Below, piece by piece: positions 60,247 to 64,000 of a stretch of 64,000 nucleotides of DNA. Location of the stretch: positions 96,001-160,000 of the forward strand of contig CAVWLW010000074.1 of the NCBI GenBank assembly GCA_963755715.1. The letters are read 5' to 3'. A model generated the notes under the pieces. That model did no database searches. It was not told where the DNA came from and saw only the letters and a program-made list of their open reading frames with translations. Source of the stretch: an uncultured delta proteobacterium (GTDB lineage Bacteria; Desulfobacterota; Binatia; UBA9968). How positions within the stretch are numbered: the stretch's first letter is position 1; the number at the start of each line of letters is the position of its first letter. Both the position numbers and the translations under genes were made by a program.

Positions 60247-60597
60247 ATGGTGTCAGGGTTTGTCGCACTGATAGGTTTGGTTGTTTTTGGTTTTGGATTG
60301 CTGCTCTTGTGGCTATCCGTGGTTTCTTTCGACCAAGGCATACGAGACTTCTCTCTCTGGCTGTCCTTTAGTCTCGCTCTTTTTCTTATTTTCGCTGGGA
60401 ACTACACGTACACAAAATTCCGGAAGAGAAGGTTCATCAACAAGGCCCAGGTTGCTCAGCTCTTTGGCGTAAAAAAGAACATCATCGACCGGTGGTTGCT
60501 CGATGGCAAGCTACCGAAGCCTAGAAGAAGGTTAGGATTCCGACGTTGGGATTACAACGAGCTCGTGGTTCTGCTGAAGCGACAACCGAAAATCTAG
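60247..60597 (+). CDS. membrane protein with C-terminal AlpA/excisionase-like helix-turn-helix
   Basis: Two hydrophobic helices, then FINKAQVAQLFGV....IDRW...GKLPKP......RW...EL. Confidence 0.6.
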   Translation: MVSGFVALIGLVVFGFGLLLLWLSVVSFDQGIRDFSLWLSFSLALFLIFAGNYTYTKFRKRRFINKAQVAQLFGVKKNIIDRWLLDGKLPKPRRRLGFRRWDYNELVVLLKRQPKI

Positions 60598-60685
60598 TGG
60601 CGCGAAATCTGAACGAGACACTAAACTAAGTTGTCCTGTTCCGATCGTCAGCGCGCCGAGTCCAAGCATCTCACCGCCGTTGCCG

Positions 60686-61509
60686 TCAGGGGTTTTGCGG
60701 GTTGAATGTGACTAAGCCGCAGCCGGTCGCCCACGGGACAATGGGCTCGTAGGCAAGCAATTCGGCTTTCCAGCTCTGCACCGCGCCCGCGAGAGCGATC
60801 CAAGTTCTGATTTCATGACCGCCGGACCCGGCGTCGGTATTGATTTCATCGTGGCTGTACGCAGTCAAACGCGCGCGATTGCCGCTGATTAGATTTGCCA
60901 AAAACATTTTGTCGAAGGGAACGTTGATTTTCCCGTGCTTCGCCTCGCCGGGCCAGTGCGACAGGCCTCCGGTCGCAATTAGGGCGATTCGCTTTGGATT
61001 TTTTTCCAACGCCCGGCCGAGAAACTCGCCGAGCGCGAAGCAGCGCTTCGCGCTCGGCATCGGCGGCGTGAGCGTATTGATGATCACCGGCACAATCGGG
61101 ATGGCCATATTGGGATTTAAGAAATGCAGCGGCAAAAAGGTCGCGTGATCGAGCAGCAATTCGTCGGAGAAAGTCGGATCGAATCCGCCGTCAAAGCAGG
61201 CGTCGATCAATTGCGTTGCCAATTTTGCGTCGCCGGGCACTCGTGTTTTGGGGATCCGCAGCCATTCTTCGACCGGGCCGTCGTAGTGCTCGGCGCGGCC
61301 GATGCAGAAGGCGGGCATGCGTTGAGAAAAAAATTCGCCCAGTGCTCGACGGTGAGGGCGACGATGACATCGGGTTTAGCGCCCGCGAGCCGGGCGCCGA
61401 GCTTTCGATAGTTGCCAAGAAAATTGTCTGCTTGCGCTTTGGGTGCGGCTTCCGTCCAGGCGGTCATTCCGGGGGCATGGCTGGCGGCGCAGGCGAAAAC
61501 GATCGGCAT
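60686..61509 (-). CDS. extradiol ring-cleavage dioxygenase beta subunit (LigB family); frameshift near 61320
   Basis: ASHAPG, EHWANFF, LDH...PL, ATGGLSHWP, FD..F and EIRTW motifs. Confidence 0.88.
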
Positions 61510-61513
61510 GAAT

Positions 61514-61768
61514 TCACTCCAATCCTTTTAGTGCTTTGGCATAATCTTCGTTGGAAACTTTGTTGAGCAAGGTAAATGGCCTGAGCAGCAGGGAGTGAAC
61601 GCCGATCGTATAAAGAGCGCGGACATCGACGTTGAGCACCGCCGCCGACTCTTGCTCGGACAATTCATAGCTCTTGACGAATGCGGCGGGATTGCGGCGA
61701 TAGCTCTCGCGCTGCGCCGCGTCGCGATTGACGTGATAAATCAGTTTTTGTAGTTGATAGAGGCTCAT
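61514..61768 (-). CDS. LigA-like dioxygenase alpha subunit
   Basis: MSLY...K, YELSEQE..AV...DV..LY..GVH.LLL; adjacent to LigB. Confidence 0.82.
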   Translation of the reverse strand: MSLYQLQKLIYHVNRDAAQRESYRRNPAAFVKSYELSEQESAAVLNVDVRALYTIGVHSLLLRPFTLLNKVSNEDYAKALKGLE

Positions 61769-61773
61769 CAAGA

Positions 61774-62865
61774 TCAATCCAATTTTTGGTGTAGCCAGTC
61801 GATCACGGTTTTAAAAATATTGGCAATGGAGCCCATGTGGCCGCCCGGAAAGAGGCGTATCGCCTTGGGATTTCCATGCTCCAGGAGCAGATAAAAATCA
61901 TCGAGCGGCACTTGCTTGTCTTCTTTGCCGTTGACGATCAACATGGGCGCGCAGGGCTTATCGAGCCAGCCTTGGTCGAGCAGCGACAACGCCGGCATGA
62001 CTTGGCAAAGTTCGTCGAACGTTTTCTTGCCGAATAAATTGGCGCGTGCCTCGATCAAGTCGAATAAATAGGAATCTGCGTGGCGCGATCGTTCCTGCCA
62101 TTCGGGTTGAAAGAAATAATGGATGCCGCCGCCCCAATTGACCGCCGCGCGCAGTTTGTCCGGCGCCAGGTGCGCCAACTTGGTCGACCAATAGCCGCCG
62201 AAGCTGGCGCCGACGACGGCAATCTTGTTGGCGTCCACCTCGGCCCGCTTCAGCAGATATTCGAGCGCGGTGGTGTGCACGATGTGGGCATCGGGTCCGG
62301 CCAATTCCGGGCATTCGCCCGTGCCTGGGCTATCGATGATAAAGCAGCCCCAGCCTTCTTTGACGAAGGCCTCGCCGAATGAATGGCGTTCTTCTTTCCA
62401 GTTGTCGATGCCGCCCCAGTGCATGATCATCGGCGCGGGGAGCTTTTTCGGTAGTCTTAAATGACCGATGACGGCTTTTCCTTGAAGCGGGATGGCAACT
62501 CGCTCGACCGGAATATCGAAATACTTAGACGCCGCCAAAAACATCTCTCGGGTTTTTTTATAACCGTGGTGTTTTCCCGCCGTGCTCGGAAACGGATGAC
62601 GGGCGATGCCGTAATAGCCGTAGGATTTTAGAAACGAATCTTTCGCTTGAGCGGCGTCGTCGGCCTTCTCCGCCGCCGCGGCTTTTTCCTCCCAGCGCGC
62701 GCCGAGCGCGTTCCACGCCGCGGCCCAAGTTTCGCCATCAAAGCTCGGCATTTTGGCCAGCGCCTCTTCCGCTTCGGCCTTGTCGGCGTGAAGAAAGGGC
62801 GCGCGTCGCCCGACGCGCTCGCGGATATCGTCTTTAACTTCTTCGATGGATCGTGCCTTGCTCAT
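61774..62865 (-). CDS. alpha/beta hydrolase (FrsA/DUF1100-like)
   Basis: GGID..KEE, D.PGTG, GASFGGYW nucleophile elbow, NG..D and GHMG motifs. Confidence 0.88.
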   Translation of the reverse strand: MSKARSIEEVKDDIRERVGRRAPFLHADKAEAEEALAKMPSFDGETWAAAWNALGARWEEKAAAAEKADDAAQAKDSFLKSYGYYGIARHPFPSTAGKHHGYKKTREMFLAASKYFDIPVERVAIPLQGKAVIGHLRLPKKLPAPMIMHWGGIDNWKEERHSFGEAFVKEGWGCFIIDSPGTGECPELAGPDAHIVHTTALEYLLKRAEVDANKIAVVGASFGGYWSTKLAHLAPDKLRAAVNWGGGIHYFFQPEWQERSRHADSYLFDLIEARANLFGKKTFDELCQVMPALSLLDQGWLDKPCAPMLIVNGKEDKQVPLDDFYLLLEHGNPKAIRLFPGGHMGSIANIFKTVIDWLHQKLD

Positions 62866-63226
62866 GTGGAAAATCCTTTGCTGCGGTTACGCCGGGAATC
62901 GTTTGGCAAAATGCCGCCGCGCTCATTTCTCAGTGAGGTTGCGCGGTCAAATCTTTCGAAGCCGCCAATCCATGATTGTCGGCGCTATTGCTTCTCGCCT
63001 TAAATTATCACCGGCAAGTTGTCAACCTGAAATAATGGATCGAGCTTTGAAAGATTTTGCTCAGAGGTGATTCGCGACAAATCGGCCGGCGATTTACCCG
63101 GTAATTTCCCGCCCGTGGGTGTTGACGTTTAAACTTCACCATGTCATGCAATTAATTCATGTTCCCTGCTTACAAAGCGATTTTATCCGGTGTAGATTTT
63201 TTTTCAGTCTCGGCATGGAGCAGCGC

Positions 63227-64000
63227 ATGGCCGCGATCATAGACGGCAAAGCCGTCGCCAAGGAAGTTCAAAAGCAGATCAAGGAAGAAGTGGAAGGTCT
63301 CGATCGGCGCTGGGGATGGGCGCCGGGTCTGGCGGTGGTTTTGGTCGGCGATGATCCGGCGTCGCACATTTACGTGCGCAACAAGGAGAAAGCGTGCCGG
63401 GAGGTGGGCATCAAATCCTTCGAGCATCTGTTGCCGGCGACGATCCCGGAAAAAGAATTGCTGGCGCTCGTGCATCAGCTCAACAAAGACAACGACGTGC
63501 ATGGCATCCTGGTACAGTTGCCGTTGCCGCCGCATATTCGCGCGGAAAAAGTTTTGGAAGCGATCTCGCCGCGCAAAGACATCGATGGCTTTCATCCCAT
63601 GAGTCAGGGAATGTTGCTGCTCGGCGGCGACGGCTTTCGACCGTGCACACCGCTCGGCATCATGAAGCTGCTGGCGGCGGCGGGTTGCGATCCAAAAGGT
63701 AAAACCGCCGTGGTCGTCGGACGGAGCAATATTGTCGGCAAGCCGGTGGCGCTGATGCTGCTCGAGAAGCACGCGACGGTGACGATCTGTCATTCGCGCA
63801 CCGCGAGCTTGCGCGACGAAGTCGGCCGGGCCGATATTTTAGTGGTGGCGATCGGCAAGGCGGGATTGGTCCGCGGCGATTGGATCAAGCCCGGCGCGGT
63901 GGTGATCGACGTCGGCGTCAATCGGTTAGCGAGCGGCAAGCTGACCGGCGATGTGGAATTTGACAGCGCCAAGGAACGCGCATCGGCGATCACGCCGGTG
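63227..64000 (+). CDS. folD: bifunctional methylenetetrahydrofolate dehydrogenase/cyclohydrolase, 3'-partial
   Basis: Own translation: [46 protein letters not shown]; runs off the window. Confidence 0.96.
   Translation, partial: MAAIIDGKAVAKEVQKQIKEEVEGLDRRWGWAPGLAVVLVGDDPASHIYVRNKEKACREVGIKSFEHLLPATIPEKELLALVHQLNKDNDVHGILVQLPLPPHIRAEKVLEAISPRKDIDGFHPMSQGMLLLGGDGFRPCTPLGIMKLLAAAGCDPKGKTAVVVGRSNIVGKPVALMLLEKHATVTICHSRTASLRDEVGRADILVVAIGKAGLVRGDWIKPGAVVIDVGVNRLASGKLTGDVEFDSAKERASAITPV

Overview
GC-rich bacterial chromosome segment. Gene content and order point to a deltaproteobacterial-type organism, most likely Candidatus Binatia/Binatota (inference from the SsuA/NMT1-type binding protein, TPP enzyme, LigAB and overall gene order). 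Most of the window is housekeeping: lhr; yceD-rpmF-plsX-fabD-fabG-acpP-rpiB-glyA-nrdR-ribD-ribE-ribBA-ribH-nusB-leuS-lptE; rpsT; tatC; hppA; DAHP synthase; ftsE-ftsX-envC-ctpA; xseA-M23-xseB; partial folD. About ten genes carry single-base frameshifts, mostly +1 insertions and including fabG and ribD, which most likely reflect long-read or assembly error. Three accessory areas stand out. (1) A decayed ~2.9-kb integrative element inserted at the 5' end of tRNA-Leu(UAA), with a duplicated tRNA 5' fragment, an integrase remnant, arm-type repeats, an IHF site and a PEP-CTERM cargo gene. (2) Two paralogous SET-domain proteins that both have signal peptides. (3) A light-response/carotenoid locus (photolyase remnant, SRPBCC, DUF523-DUF1722, TIGR01777, crtE-crtI-crtB-cruF) whose apparent regulator is a CarH-type B12 photosensor (W-x9-EH, E-x-H) fused to a C-terminal XRE helix-turn-helix instead of the usual N-terminal MerR domain; a perfect 16-bp palindrome sits in the divergent promoter. 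RibBA has a degenerate RibB half. All calls come from reading motifs; no database searches were run.
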